From assembly GCF_035084215.1 (NCBI RefSeq), contig NC_090340.1, positions 14,570,001 to 14,634,000 on the forward strand: a stretch of 64,000 nucleotides of DNA. Direction: 5' to 3'. The notes below the pieces were generated by a model that made no database searches, had not been told where the DNA came from, and was given only the letters and a program-made list of their open reading frames with translations. The position numbers were made by a program, and so were the translations under genes. Positions 13,466-26,042 of the stretch are shown one piece after another (position 1 is the stretch's first letter; every line of letters starts with the position of its first letter). The stretch is from Heptranchias perlo. Taxonomy: Eukaryota.

Positions 13466-14321
13466 CTACAAGACACCAGCATCTAAATCCAGCTCCCGTT
13501 GCCTCTTTGTGGGTGAACAGTCCAAAGCTTGGTGAAATCTGCTTGTGATGTTTATCCAAGGATAAAAAGCGATTTCGCAATAAATCCTTGACTGCCAGAA
13601 CCTAATTTTCCCTGTGGCAGCTTTTCAGAAATTTCCTGCTTAAATGCACCTTATGTGTTTTGTATAACCCATTTTGTAGTCCAGTTCTGATTGAATTGTA
13701 TGGAATCCATGGATCAACGCGAGAATCACATTGCTCTTGCATCGCATCACATCGGGAAATCTGCAAAACAGGATTTCATCCAAAGTCTTGCAGATAACGG
13801 CACTGTGTATGACATGCGTTCTATAAAGCCTGGTTTAACCCCTTGTGGTCAGTTTCTATCTTTACTGCTTTAAATAATACACTTCTAGCGACTTGCCGCG
13901 TCTTACTGTTTCTTTATGTCCCCTTACGCCTAAAGGAATGTATTATTGCTTTTAGCCTGAACACATTAGTCTAACGATGTGTCCTTGGAGAAAACGAGAG
14001 CATGGATTGGGCATTCTGCATAATCTTCGATGCACCATCCTGCATTTGGCAGGTAATTATTAACCCCTACACCCTTGTGGCACAATGACTATGCAGGTTT
14101 CGATTCATAGGGGATTTTCTTCTGCTTATGAAACCATCGTTTCTGCAGTGGCCTAAAGTTACAAGTATTGAAAGTTCAGTCTGTTACAATCTATTTCCTG
14201 AATCAGCAGCCATATGCCCAACGTCACTGCGACACAATTCGTATTACACAGTCCGCAACCACCTTTACATTACCAAATCCATGCACAGTGCGGGAGCAAT
14301 CACCTTACTCCTTTGCTCAGA

Positions 14322-14987
14322 ATGTTGACGAGTTTTGTATTTCTCCTGAAGATCATTTACACAGGTACCTACAATTCTATAACCCAGCTGCCTCGATAAA
14401 AAACATGTGAAATGGTTTCCGCTGAATCACCATGAAATTCAAATCTCTCCCAATTTTGCTGATTTCTTTGTTTCATCCTCACGACGTATCTAATAAAATT
14501 AACCAAACTTTGAATCTATTGCCTCACAGCCGCTTCTAATATTTCGATCAGTCACTTAACTTATTGGACATGCAATTAGATTCAGAGGGACACACATCAC
14601 CTTCTACTGGATATTCCACTGAACACAAATTCAGTGAAATTTAGATAATCTTCGCGATTCTTCTTCACCTCTTTCATTTGTAGGTAGAAGTGTGTTCCAA
14701 AGTGTTCGGTTTCACGTCCAATACAATTAACCACGTATATTTTCTAACATCTGCGGCGCATACTTCGATCAGAGTGGCTCAAATTCCCGAACATGTGATT
14801 GCATTAAGAGGGACAGACATCGTGTCCTACTGTGTAATCTCCCTCTCTCAGGACAACTCTTGAATAGACGTGTGTTGGTGGAAACAGGTTGTGAATGGAC
14901 CTGCAAAGTGGAACGGATAACAGAAAATCATTTGGTATGAAAATGAAAGAAGGCGGTTTCTTTCAGTTGCTGAACGCGACTTTAAGA
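14322..14987 (+). pseudogene. IgSF receptor copy A: leader exon plus truncated V exon
   Basis: Leader 14322-14364 (MLTSFVFLLKIIYT, acag|gtacc as in copy B). V exon from 14751 has acceptor AG>AT, TGA at 14861-14863, a WWKQ motif and a frameshift, and is cut at ~14987 by a CR1 insertion. Confidence 0.85.
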
Positions 14988-17310
14988 TAAGAACATAAGA
15001 ACATAAAAAAATAGAGCAGGAGTAGTCTATAAGGTTCGCTCGAGCCTGCTCCGCCATTCAATAAGATCATGGCTGATATTCTACTTCAACTCGACTTTCC
15101 CACCCTATCCCCATATCCCCTGATTCCCTTAGTGTACAAATATCCATCGATCTCAGCCTTAAATGTACTCAACGACACAGCATCCTCAGCCCTCTGGGAT
15201 AGAGCATTCCAGAGATTCATAACCTTCTGAGTGAAGAGATTTCTCCTCATCTCGGTGCTAAATGGACGACGCCTTATCTTGACACTATGATCTCTAGTTC
15301 TAGACTCTCCAGCTAGGGGAAACAGCCTCTCAGCATCTATACGTTTCAATGAGATCACCTCTCATTCTTCTAAACTCCAGAGAATATAGGCCCATTCTAC
15401 TCAATCTCTCCTCATAGGACAACCCTTTAGTCCCAAGAATCAATCCAGTGAACCTTCTTTGCACCGCCTCTAAGCAAGGTATATCATTACGTAAGGAGAC
15501 CAAAACTGTACACAATACTACAAATGTGGTCTCACCGGAGCCCGATATAATTGCAAGACTTCCTTACTCTTATAATCCTATCCCCTTCCAATAAAAGCTA
15601 ACATATTGTTTGCCTTCCTAATTGCTTGCTAAACCAATATGTTAACATTCTGTGATTCATGTACAAGGACAAATTCCCGTGACTATCAACATTTCCTGGT
15701 CTGTTTTTCTATTCTTGCTACCAAAGTGGATAATTTCACATTTATCGATGTTATTCTCCATCTGCCACCTTCTTGACATCCACTAACCTGTCCACATCCA
15801 TTGCAGTCTTTTTACGTCCTCCTCACAGTTTACTTTCCCACCTAGCTTTGTATCATCAGCAAGCATGTATACATTACACTCAGTCCACTCATCTAAGCCA
15901 TTGATATATATTGTAAACAATTGAGGCCCAAGCAGTGATCCTTGTGGCACCCCACTAGGTACAACCTGCCAACCTGAAAATTAACCGTTCTTTCCTAAAC
16001 TCTGATTTCTTTCCGTTAGCCAATCCAAAATCCATGCTAATCAGTTGCTCCCAATCTCATGATCCCTAATCTTGTGGTAACAACCTGTTGAGTGGTACCT
16101 TATCAAATGCCTTTTGGAAATCCAAATTACTAAATCTACTGATTCCCCCTTTTCTACCCTGCTCGTCACACCCTCAAACAATTCTAATAAATTTGTCAAA
16201 CACGATTTCCCTTTCACAAAACCGTGTTGACTCTGCCTAATCATATTATCATTTTCTAAGTGCCCTGTTACCACGTCTTTAATAATAGATTCCAGCATTT
16301 TCCCCACTACTCATGTCAGGCTAACTGGCCCATAGTTCCCTGTTTTCTCTCTCCCTCCTTTCATGAAAAACGGGGCTACATTTGTCACCTTCCAATCCAC
16401 AGGGACCATTCCACAATCTTGGGAAATCTGGAAGATCAGAACCAATGTATCGACTATCCTTGTAGTCACCTCTTTTAAAACCCTAGAATGTAGGCCATTA
16501 GGTCCAAGGGATTTGTTGGCTTTTAGTCCCAATAATTTATCCAATACTTTTTCTTTACTAATCTTAATTACTTTGTGTTCATCACTCTCATTAGACGCTT
16601 GTTTTTCCACTATTTCCGGTATATTTTTTGTGTCTTCTATTGTGAAGACAGATGCAAAATATTTGTTTAATATCTCAGCCATTTCCTTGTTCCCCATTAC
16701 AATTTCTTCTGTCTCTGCCTCTAAGGGATCCAAGTTTACTTTTGTTAACCTCTTCCTTTTTACATACTTGTAGAATCTCTTATAATCTATTTTTATATTT
16801 CTTGCTAGTTTACTCTTATATTCAATTTTCTCCCTCTTATTCCTTGGTCACCCTTTACTGATTTCTAAAACCCTCCCAATCCTCTGGTTTACTACTATTT
16901 TTGGCAACATTGTGAGCCTCTTCTTTTAATCTAATTCTATCCTTAAATTTTCTAGTTAGCCACAGTTGGATCACTTTTCCCATGGGATTTTTATTTCTTA
17001 AGGGAATGTATACTCATTGAGAATTATGAATTATTTCTTTAAATGTTCGCCATTGCTTATCTACCATCATATCTTTTAATGTAATGTCCCAATCTACCTG
17101 AATCAACTTGCCTCTCATACCTATGTAAAAGCCTTTGTTTAAATTTAAGACCCTAGTTTCGGACTTAACCAGATCATTCTTGAACTCAATATGAAGTTCT
17201 ATCATATTATGACCACTCTCCCCCATAGGATCCTTAACTATATGATTACTAATTAAACTTGTCTTATTACACAATACTAGATCTAAAATAGCCTGTGCCC
17301 TAGTTCTCCA
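14987..17310 (-). mobile_element. CR1-clade LINE abutting the broken V exon of copy A
   Basis: (ataagaac)-type tail at 14987-15005; minus-strand endonuclease-to-RT fragments (ILDLVLCN, YFASVFT, QSQHGFVKGKSCLTNL). Confidence 0.9.
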
Positions 17311-17742
17311 TTCATCCCTGTGCTCACTGATCGACATTGTCTCCCAGTCCCGGAAGGCCTCGATTTTAAATTTCTCATCCTTGTTTTCAAATACCTCCAT
17401 GGCCTCGATCCTCTCAATCTCTGTAACCTCCTCCAGCTCTTCGAGATCTCTGCTCTCCTTCAATTCTTGCCTCTTGCGCAGACCCGATTTTAATCGCTCC
17501 ACCATTGGCTGTCGCGCCTTCAGCGGCCTAGACCCTAAGCTCGGTAATTCCCTCCGTAAACTTCACCGCCTTTCTATCTCTCCTACTTAAGACGCTCCTT
17601 AAAACCCAACTCTTTGTCCAAGTTTTCGGTCACCTGTCCTAATACCTCCTTATGTGGCTCCGTGTCAAATTTTGTTTGATGACGCTCCTGTGATGCGCCT
17701 TGGGTCATTTTGCTACATTAAAGGCGCTATTTTAATGCAAGT
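17310..17742 (+). mobile_element. L2-clade LINE 3' fragment
   Basis: Encodes an L2-type C-terminus relic (H.LPV..RLDFKFLILVFKYLHGL) and an L2-like 3' end (gcgctattttaatgcaagt). Confidence 0.65.
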
Positions 17743-18119
17743 CTTTTTCTCACCAACGTTTTTCAGAAAACATTGCCGGTTATTATCCAAAAGCTAATGA
17801 TGAACGATCTATGATGGACCCCACTTTGTATTCATTTAGCATTTGGTCACGTTAAAGGAATGGGCAAAGGATGACCAGTGTACACATCAACGTCTTGCGA
17901 AATTCATCCCGAGAAGATCGCACTCGCACCTCCATTCCGGCATTTTAACTCATCAGGAAACAACACTGACTGCACGAGTTAGTAAATTCTGCACTTGGAA
18001 AGCAAATATTTTCCCTTACTCTTTGCTGTACGTGACACATGTGATTTAACAGTCGAATATGTGCAGAAATTAGCATATCGTACTGAACAAACGAAGCATC
18101 TGTTCTAAAGCCGCAGTTA

Positions 18120-18230
18120 CAGGATGTCAAACGACATTGCGACGCATCTCAAGAAAAACAACCGCAAACTATTGTTAACAGTGGCAAACTCGTAATTAGT
18201 GCAGTGCGTCAGCTTAATCTGTTGCTCAGA
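18120..18230 (+). promoter_or_regulatory. Putative proximal promoter/5'UTR block shared by copies A, B and D
   Basis: acgacattgcgacgcat and tggcaaactcgtaattagtgcagt recur at similar distance from the ATG in copy D (~40425-40500) and copy A (~14220-14290). Function is inferred only. Confidence 0.35.
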
Positions 18231-18285
18231 ATGTCGGCGAGTATGGTGTTTCTGTGCTTGACGCTCCGGGGGATTATTTACACAG
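18231..18285 (+). CDS. Copy B exon 1, leader (MSASMVFLCLTLRGIIYT)
   Basis: ATG, hydrophobic stretch and phase-1 donor acag|gtacc; homologous exons in copies A and D. Confidence 0.75.
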
Positions 18286-21200
18286 GTACCTCTTTATTCA
18301 CAGTCCCCACAAGAATAGCTAATTTAATTAATAAAATGATTCTGAAGCAGTTTCTACTTAATTGCAATTAAGATAATTCCTCTATCTAGATTCATGTTTT
18401 CTCTCTTCCATCTCCATGTCGTATCTAATACAATTAACCTATACTGAACTATATTTTCTGACAGCTGCGGACCACAGTTCGTTCAGAGTGACTCAAGCGC
18501 CCGAACAGGCGACTGTATCCAGAGGGGGAAACGTCACCTTCCACTGCATATTCCCAATCTCTCAAACCCATTCCTGGGTAAGAGTATATTGGTGGAAACA
18601 GGGTGAGAATAAATACCTGCCAAGAAGCGGCGATAAGAGAAAACGATTTGGTCTGGAAGGTAAAGCGAGCGGTTTCTTTCAGTTACTGAACGCGAATTTC
18701 CAAGACTCTGGAGTCTATCACTGCGCAGTGATCCGAGAGGGAACAGTTGGAGGAAATGGAACCGCATCTCATCTAATTGTGCATGGTAAGTGTGAAACAC
18801 CACAGAGCGGGACTGTCGTAAACATATCAAACATAACAAACGGGAGTGTTTTGTGATTGTTTTATTGTACAATTTTTGACAGCATAAATATTTTTATGAA
18901 CACATTTCGCGAGAAAGTTAAGCTGTATGTTCGTGCTCTCTGTATAGAACTGCCAATTAGAGAGTAAAATGTGACCCTCCACACGCAGGGTACTGCAACA
19001 TGTATTAATATTAAGGAATTGGACTGTAACTCCAAATAAATTTATACACCAGATAACTGATAGCGGAAGTTCGGATAATTTCCAAGCTGAGTGATAATTG
19101 TTTATATTAATGCGCTTTCCCCACCATATACACCGGTCTTAGCCAATTTTAGATGCTCTGTCTGCCCCCACCGCTGTCTTGGGGTTTAACATTCATGAAA
19201 TTAATTCTCACACGATGATTGACTAGTTAGCGTCACAGATTTGAAAGCCAGCGTCCAACTAACTGTTGATTAACGGATTCACTCAACAAACTGGAGCTCG
19301 GAATTCACAACGTTATCACCTCACTAACCCCCAATAAATACAATAATACGCAGGAACTGTGTTGCTGAAACCTCCTGAAGTTCAACCGAATATAGTTTCT
19401 TTCACCAATCGTTATGCTTCGGCTGTGGGATCAGTCCGATACCTTCTAATGCCCTCGTTTTATCATCGGCAATGTGTAGATTACTCGATTACTCGTCACT
19501 TTCTAACTGAGCAAAAAAAAATGGAGGACTGGGCGCGCCAACTTTCCCCCAGGGCTTATTTCTTTAATTCTTTGGACTATGAAACGTGACATTGATTAGC
19601 GATTGTTGCGACGTGTCTGCCGTTTAACTCAAAGTTTTGGACTCGATGGTGCATGTAAAATTGAATATATGCTGGTGACGATAAATGATATGGTTGAGGT
19701 GTGTGTTGACGATCTGCCTAACATTGACAGGACAGGAGGGTGTGCTTTAGAATGTTGCTGTTAGAACAAAATGGACCAAAGGTGCCCAGTAACTCGATTT
19801 TGATCATTGTCTGTTCCGCAGCTCCCCCAACTCCACTGAAGATTGTCTCCAGGACAGCTGAGGGGAATTCATCTGCGTCTCTGACTCTTGTGTGTGAAAC
19901 GGCTGAGTTTTTTCCGGAGAATTTCACCCTCGCTTGGTATAAAAACGGCGTTGTAATTGCAACAGGAATAAATACCATTAAACGGCAGAACACTGAGGGG
20001 CTGTATGAAGTTTCCAGCTCTTTGGAAGAGACGCAGCCTGTCCCGAGCGACGCCAATTATACCTGTTTGGTATCTCACGTCTCGCTCAACATTCCAGCTG
20101 TTGCCACCTATAGTGTTACGAAATCTAACCAAGGTACGAGGCCAACAGTCCGAAAAGGATAGTTAAAATCGCAAACAGATATATCGTAGAATTTGTACAT
20201 ATTGATAATCATGAAGATAGTTCACGGGAAACTCATGGGGAATATCAACGAAAACATAAACATCTTCTTTTAATGTATAATATAATTGAACCCGATGTGT
20301 TGTAAAATGGGGTTATATCGTCCGGTACACAAATATTCTCAGTCAAACCTTGTTTGCTTTCAACTTCCTCTATTTGAGGTATAACAAATATAAACAGGAG
20401 TTTATCTTTTGTATCCCATTATATTTCTCTCCTGCTCATTATTAATACTTATCCGGGTTTTTTCTATATTAAACTGGTTTTATTCTGCCGGCTTTCCCTG
20501 CATCAGGACAATTACCAAGAGCTTCATTGGACGTGTTTGCTCTTTGGCTTCTTCCAATGCAGTTCTCAATCCTGAAATCCCCCTCCTCCTTCCGGCTGTG
20601 TCTTGTGCAGAGTTCTGAACTTAAACCGCTGTCCAACTTCTGCCCCACATCTCTCCATGCCACAGCGGGTTCAATTGGGACCTGTCTCATAAATCTCATG
20701 TAAACTGTACCCGCAAATTGGTTACAGTGCATCCGGTTCACTATATCATTTTATTAACAAATCTTAGCTTTGCCAGACAATAATTAATAAACCGCCGCCC
20801 GTTGATCTCCTTTATATTCAATGACATTTTTACTTCAATAAACACAGTGCGGATAATTGAATGAGGATTATTAACCAATTGCTGCAATCCAGAATTTTGT
20901 TCGGGCAGCGAGTAAACCCGTGTGAACAAATTCACCCCGATTTCGTCAAACTATATGTTAATAAATAAGAATGGTCAAGGACATAAACAAGTCATTCGGT
21001 CCAGGGAAATTTATCCCCCTAATTGTCCTAAAACATTGTTTTGAGATCCCTAAACAGTAGTCACCTTCGCAGATTATTCCAGAACATCTCATCCATTCGA
21101 TGAAGAAGTTACTTCAAATATATATAAAAAATGAACGTTTTTTTATTTACACTTCCTTATTGTCATTCTATACAGCGGAATTACTGAAAGCATCAATAGT

Positions 21201-22870
21201 TTAACCAATTAACTATCTTGCGGCCTCTTTTTATCAAACGCCCACCATAACTTAATATTCCTATTAATCTTGCAGCTACTGTCATTGATGTGTCCTTTTA
21301 CTTCTGGGCTCTTGGGTGTGCGATGGGTGGATTGGCGTTTCTAGTGCTGTTGATCGTCATTGGGAAGCGGTGCCGTCTGCAGAATAAAGAAGGTAAGATC
21401 TACTGTAAAAGCTTGATTTTAGCCCGAGACCTCAGGGTGACACAGAGGAAGCAGAACTCGATTATAACTTAAAGTTGAAAGGAATGTTACCTGTTTTCAG
21501 GGAGCGCAGATTGTTCCAACTACACATTACAACGCAGAAATCTCTACAGAATTGTATTAAAATTTGCGATAATTATCTGGATGTTTGCAACAGAAATTGA
21601 CAATTTACAGCAAGTGATAAATGAACTGTGCCCTGGCACACAGTCACTTTCCAACCCATTACTCTGTGGTTGCGTAATGAGTTTGAGTGAAACCGTGTGA
21701 GGCCCCGGCCCGGGAATGGTTGTGCACCGTTGTTAATCGCTACAGGGGCTGGGATTCAAACATTGTCAGCACAAACTGAAATTGAAAATTATGTTCGCTT
21801 TCTACCGAATCTAGAAATTTCTTTGAAATCACTGAATGGAAACTGAGTAAATGTGTCAATCTTTCAATATCATTAAATTTCATTCGTTTCCAGGTAAACA
21901 GGGGCGTGTAATGGGACCGACCCGCCATGAAGAGCTGGTACGTTCATTCATTCATCCTCTGCAGAGAGTTCAAATGTGAAGAAAGGTTGCTATAATGGAG
22001 AGATGTTATCACAATCATGTCAGTACGTTAGGTGGCGGACAAGAAAACTGCCAGTTTCGTTTAAAATGTACCGATGTAATAACAGTTTATAGATTAATCC
22101 ATTCCTTTAATTTGAAAAAATACTTTATGTTCTAAAACTGCCGTTCATTTAAACATTTCTGGAACATAGTATTGTAGAGTGAATATTAACAGGTTTAAAT
22201 ATTAGTTATAGTGACCACAGAACTCATTGGTCTCAATATTCGTATTTATGCCAATATATTAATTATGCTTTGTACACTTGATCTCTAGCCCAGGTCATTC
22301 TGTTCAATGTTTGGTCAGCAGTACGTAAAGTGGTGAAGGCAATGAACTAGCCACGTAATCAATCATTTGCTTTGTTGCCCATGCAGGGAACGGAGGCTGA
22401 GATCGTGCATTATGCTGCATTAGATTTGAGCAAAGCCAGGAAAACTCCAAGACTTAAAGGTGAAGAGGAGAGAACCGTGTACGCTCAGGTAGGGCTGAGT
22501 AACAGATCAGAGAAACATAGATCATGAGTGTAACACCAACATTCATGCGATAGTGGAATATTTCGGGTTGTGCTGACTTTGATCGTGTGATGTATCTAAA
22601 ACTATTTGTGTATTATTCTGACGACTGCTTTGAGCAGCAGTCCACAAAACTTGCAAAACGACCAATCAACAATATTTCCAAACATTGGCTTTACAGAACA
22701 AACAAGGGGCAGCCCGTGACAAGCTGACATACGCAACGCTAGCATTGACTGGCTCAGTGAAAAGGGCGCAATGCAAAAATAACGAAAGAAGCACCGACTA
22801 TGCCGAGCTACAAACGCAAAACCAAAGAAGAGTAACAGAGGCTGTTTACTCCGAAGCAAGAATCAAATAG
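18231..22870 (+). CDS. Intact IgSF inhibitory receptor, leader-V-C1-TM-ITIM tail (SIRP-alpha-like / VJ-C1 type), 374 aa, 7 exons (copy B)
   Basis: Exons 18231-18285, 18465-18785, 19822-20133, 21276-21392, 21894-21937, 22387-22488 and 22697-22870. All introns are GT-AG, phases 1,1,1,1,0,0, total 1125 nt with no internal stop. Confidence 0.88.
18465..18785 (+). CDS. Copy B exon 2, Ig V-set domain
   Basis: VTQ.P...G.NVTFHC, VYWWKQ, L.N..FQDSGVYHCAV, GNGT..L.V; 321 nt, phase 1-1. Confidence 0.93.
19822..20133 (+). CDS. Copy B exon 3, Ig C1-set domain
   Basis: LTLVCETAEFFP, WYKNG, GLYEVSSSL, YTCLVSHVSL; 312 nt, phase 1-1. Confidence 0.93.
21276..21392 (+). CDS. Copy B exon 4, transmembrane
   Basis: FYFWALGCAMGGLAFLVLLIVIG followed by KRCR; no charged residue in the TM; tgcag| acceptor and |gtaag donor. 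Confidence 0.88.
21894..21937 (+). CDS. Copy B exon 5, 44-nt cytoplasmic linker
   Basis: tttccag|...ctg|gtacgt; converts phase 1 to phase 0 as required; homologue at 44018-44059. Confidence 0.7.
22387..22488 (+). CDS. Copy B exon 6, ITIM (VHYAAL) plus TVYAQ
   Basis: atgcag|gga...cag|gtaggg, 102 nt, phase 0-0. Confidence 0.82.
22697..22870 (+). CDS. Copy B exon 7, ITIM (LTYATL), TDYAEL, AVYSEA, stop
   Basis: ttacag|aac; open to TAG at 22868-22870. Confidence 0.85.
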   Translation, partial: NKQGAARDKLTYATLALTGSVKRAQCKNNERSTDYAELQTQNQRRVTEAVYSEARIK

Positions 22871-23201
22871 CGATAGAATTTTAGATGTGGAATTCATTTT
22901 TTGGTGTCCACTTATAGCATTCCGCTGCTGTATTAACTAAATGCCTGTGTGTATCGTGTGATAGCATACCTCTGAGAGGTAATGCATTCCAGTGTAATAT
23001 TAGAGAATGCAGCCTCTAGTCTTTACTTACTGTTCAACTGTTTCCTGAATTTTCATTTAGTTGATTTCAAGAAAAATATGACTTTCCTGACATACTTGCA
23101 TGTTAAATCTGTATTATCTAACGGAAGACAAATCTCTACACTTTCAATTAGCTAATACGCCAATAATCTTGGTGAACCTAATTATCATCATACATAAATT
23201 C

Positions 23202-23207
23202 AATAAA
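23202..23207 (+). terminator. Candidate polyadenylation signal of copy B
   Basis: AATAAA ~330 nt after the stop; similar context (ttcaataaaaataga) downstream of copy D near 46590. Confidence 0.5.
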
Positions 23208-23442
23208 ATAGATTATTTACGAACTCTTACAAATCAACGATTCGTGCTCCTTTTTTGGAAGAAAAACTGCAAAACCTGAGAGTTGATTTATGTGTAACGT
23301 TACTGCGTTCTGACTTCCTGTCCTGGTGACGCTCCTGATATGGAACGCAGGAAGTTCCAGTCTATGGACTCCTCCATAAATCTACTGAATTTAGCTTCCA
23401 GTTGTTTTATGTCCTGCAAACATCTGTTTACCCATGTGACCA

Positions 23443-23640
23443 AGTAGAATCATATAATTTTACAGAACAGAAGGAGTCTATGCGCCTGTTGTGCCGGTGC
23501 AGACTCTTTGAAAGAGCTATCCAATTAGTCTCGCTCTCTGCACTTTCCCCAAAGCACTGCAATGTTTTCCTTTTCAAGTATATATCCAATTCCATTTTGA
23601 AAGTTCCCATTGAACCTGCTTCCACCACTGTTGCCCTTAC
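23443..23640 (-). mobile_element. CR1 3'-tail fragment
   Basis: Reverse complement of a CR1 3' end (VVEAGSMGTFKMELDIYL); a similar fragment lies at ~51015-51260. Confidence 0.65.
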
Positions 23641-24375
23641 TTCCAAGATTCATTATCTTGTGATGTTACCTTGTCAATTTTTTTCAATATCCATGTAAAC
23701 GACATCTGCTGCATTTTCTATAACTAGTCTCTGCTGTTTCCCCAAAGCATCCTGAACTCGAAGTCAAGCATGATCTGCCTTTTCGAAATACGAGCTGACT
23801 TGCCTTGAGCTCAGGTTTCGACAGGAAGACAGCAGTTTTATCCCGAATGACACAGGGCCTAGAAAATGCAAGGAAATGCGCAACTGTTTACCTGCCATCA
23901 TGTTACAGTTTACTTCACATTCGATGTTTTTATCTAATAACAATTCATTACTTCAAAATGGAGTCGAAGTGCTGCAGATTATTTTCATCGTTAGTTAACC
24001 GAAAAAGTGACACATCTATATAAAGGAATCAAAAGGTCAATGTGTGGGCGTTCTATCAGTCCTGTGTTCTGATAAAGTTTAAGCGATTAGCTGGGGTTTT
24101 ACAGTCTGGTGTTAGCTGCACTGATGTGTTGCTAAATATTGACATGGGCGAATCGCTTTTTCGAACTAAGTAAATGACATGGTTCAGTCGCTCAGCTCGA
24201 AGCACCAACACTTCCAGTTCTAAATTTAACCCTGTTAATTGCAAAATACTGAAAACGCATCTAGTGTCAAATAGCGGCAGTTATTGCCCATCGCATGTTT
24301 CAGTGTAATTATAACAACACTTGATGTTCACATTCAACTGATATTTTATTTCACATTTGCCATTGAAGCTTCCAT

Positions 24376-25003
24376 AAGAACATAAGAAATAGGAGCAGGA
24401 GTCGGCCATACGGCCCCTCGAGCCTGTTCCACCATTCAATAAAATCATTACTGATCTTCGACCTCAACTTCACTTTCCCGTCCGATCCCCATATCCCTTG
24501 ATTCATTTCGAGTCCAAAAATATATCGATCTCAATCTTGAATATACTCAACGACTGAGGATCCAGCTCTGGGGTAAAGATTTCCAAATATTCAGGCCCTC
24601 TGAGTGAATAAAATCCTCATTATCTCTGTCCTAAATGTCCGACTATGTTCTAGACTGTCCAGCCATTGGAAATATCCTCTCAGCATTTAAAATGTCAAGT
24701 CCTCTTAGAATTTTATATGATCCAATGAGATTATCACTTATTCTTCTTATCTCCAGAGAGTATAGGATCACTCTACTCAATCCTTCCTTATAGGACAACC
24801 CTCTCATCCCAGGAGTCAATCTAGTGAACCTTCGTTGTACTGCCTCCAACACAAATATATCCTTCCTTAGGTAAGGAGACCAAATTTTCACACAGTTCTC
24901 TAGGTGTGGTCTCACCAAAGCCCTGTACAAATGCAGCAAGTCTTCCTTACTCTTGTACTCCAACCCCCTTGCAATAAATGCCAACATACCATTTGCCTTC
25001 CTT
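24376..25003 (-). mobile_element. CR1-clade LINE 3' part
   Basis: ataagaacataag tail; ORF RKANGMLAFIARGLEYKS...EAVQRRFTRL. Confidence 0.88.
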
Positions 25004-26042
25004 AACCTGCGCCCAATCATTGTGATGCAGGCAGCACATGATATTCGTGCTGCCCGGTTATTTGATTGATTCCTGCCAGCAGCCAGCCCTTGTTGCACTG
25101 TTGGGTGGCTGCTCACCAGCAGGGGGACTCAGATATCGCGTGAGTGGCTCGCATCACGTCAAGGCAGCCTGCACCTCTCAAAAGCAGCCTGCAACTCTTG
25201 CAAAATATAAGATACAGGTCTGCACGGAGTCTGAACGGAGAACACAGATGCCGGTCCCATACCTGTGTTTACAAACTGTTGAGTTATGTTGAAACATTGA
25301 ATAAAGGTTGCACAGTATTAAATCCCACATCCTCCAATCTGCATGGCAGACCTCACCAATTTGCCGATCTGAGTTTGTACCAGGTCTGTATGACAGCATG
25401 CACCAACATCCTCTGCTGATGCAATGGAGGCCTGGTTCAAGAGGTGGACAGATGAAGGAGCATCATATATCCGCGGTCCTCTGGAGATATGCTCAAGAAG
25501 CAGTGGGAGTCAGTAGGAGACACAATCAATGGCAGGCCTATAGCACCATGCACATGGATGCAGTGCAGGACGAAGTTCAATGCTTTGACACGAGTGGTTA
25601 AGGTGAGTGAGGTCAAATGTCAAGTAGCATCTCCTAGCAACTGCACCACGAGCAGCATCAACTGCTCCATGTACTTCACCCCCATCACCCACCTACCAAC
25701 AAACAATTTCAATCAGTACTCAACTCTTCCAATCAGATGCTTCCTCTCACCCTCACACATTACCATTCTTGCAAGCCACACACCCACAACTCACAGGCCA
25801 CACACAGGCAACTGTTCAACATGACAGGCACATCACCAAACATCATGCAAGACACTCACTGACAAACATCCCACTTTCTTGCAGGAGAAGGTGGCGCATG
25901 ACAGGTGGTATCAAGTAGCAGTGGCTCCATGGAACACAAACCTGCTGTCATGTCTCAGGATGACGGCATTGCTGCCCGTGCCCTTGCTGTTGCCTGTCAT
26001 CCAGCCAGCCCACTCCCTGTAGAGTATTGAAACTTTATTATT

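Noticed and set aside
18465-20133. Calling the gene a TCR or Ig chain, or giving it the symbol SIRPA or NCR3
   Set aside because: No separate J segments or RSS, and it has a long ITIM tail. It has one C1 rather than the two of mammalian SIRP-alpha, and NKp30 has no C1. Orthology needs phylogeny.
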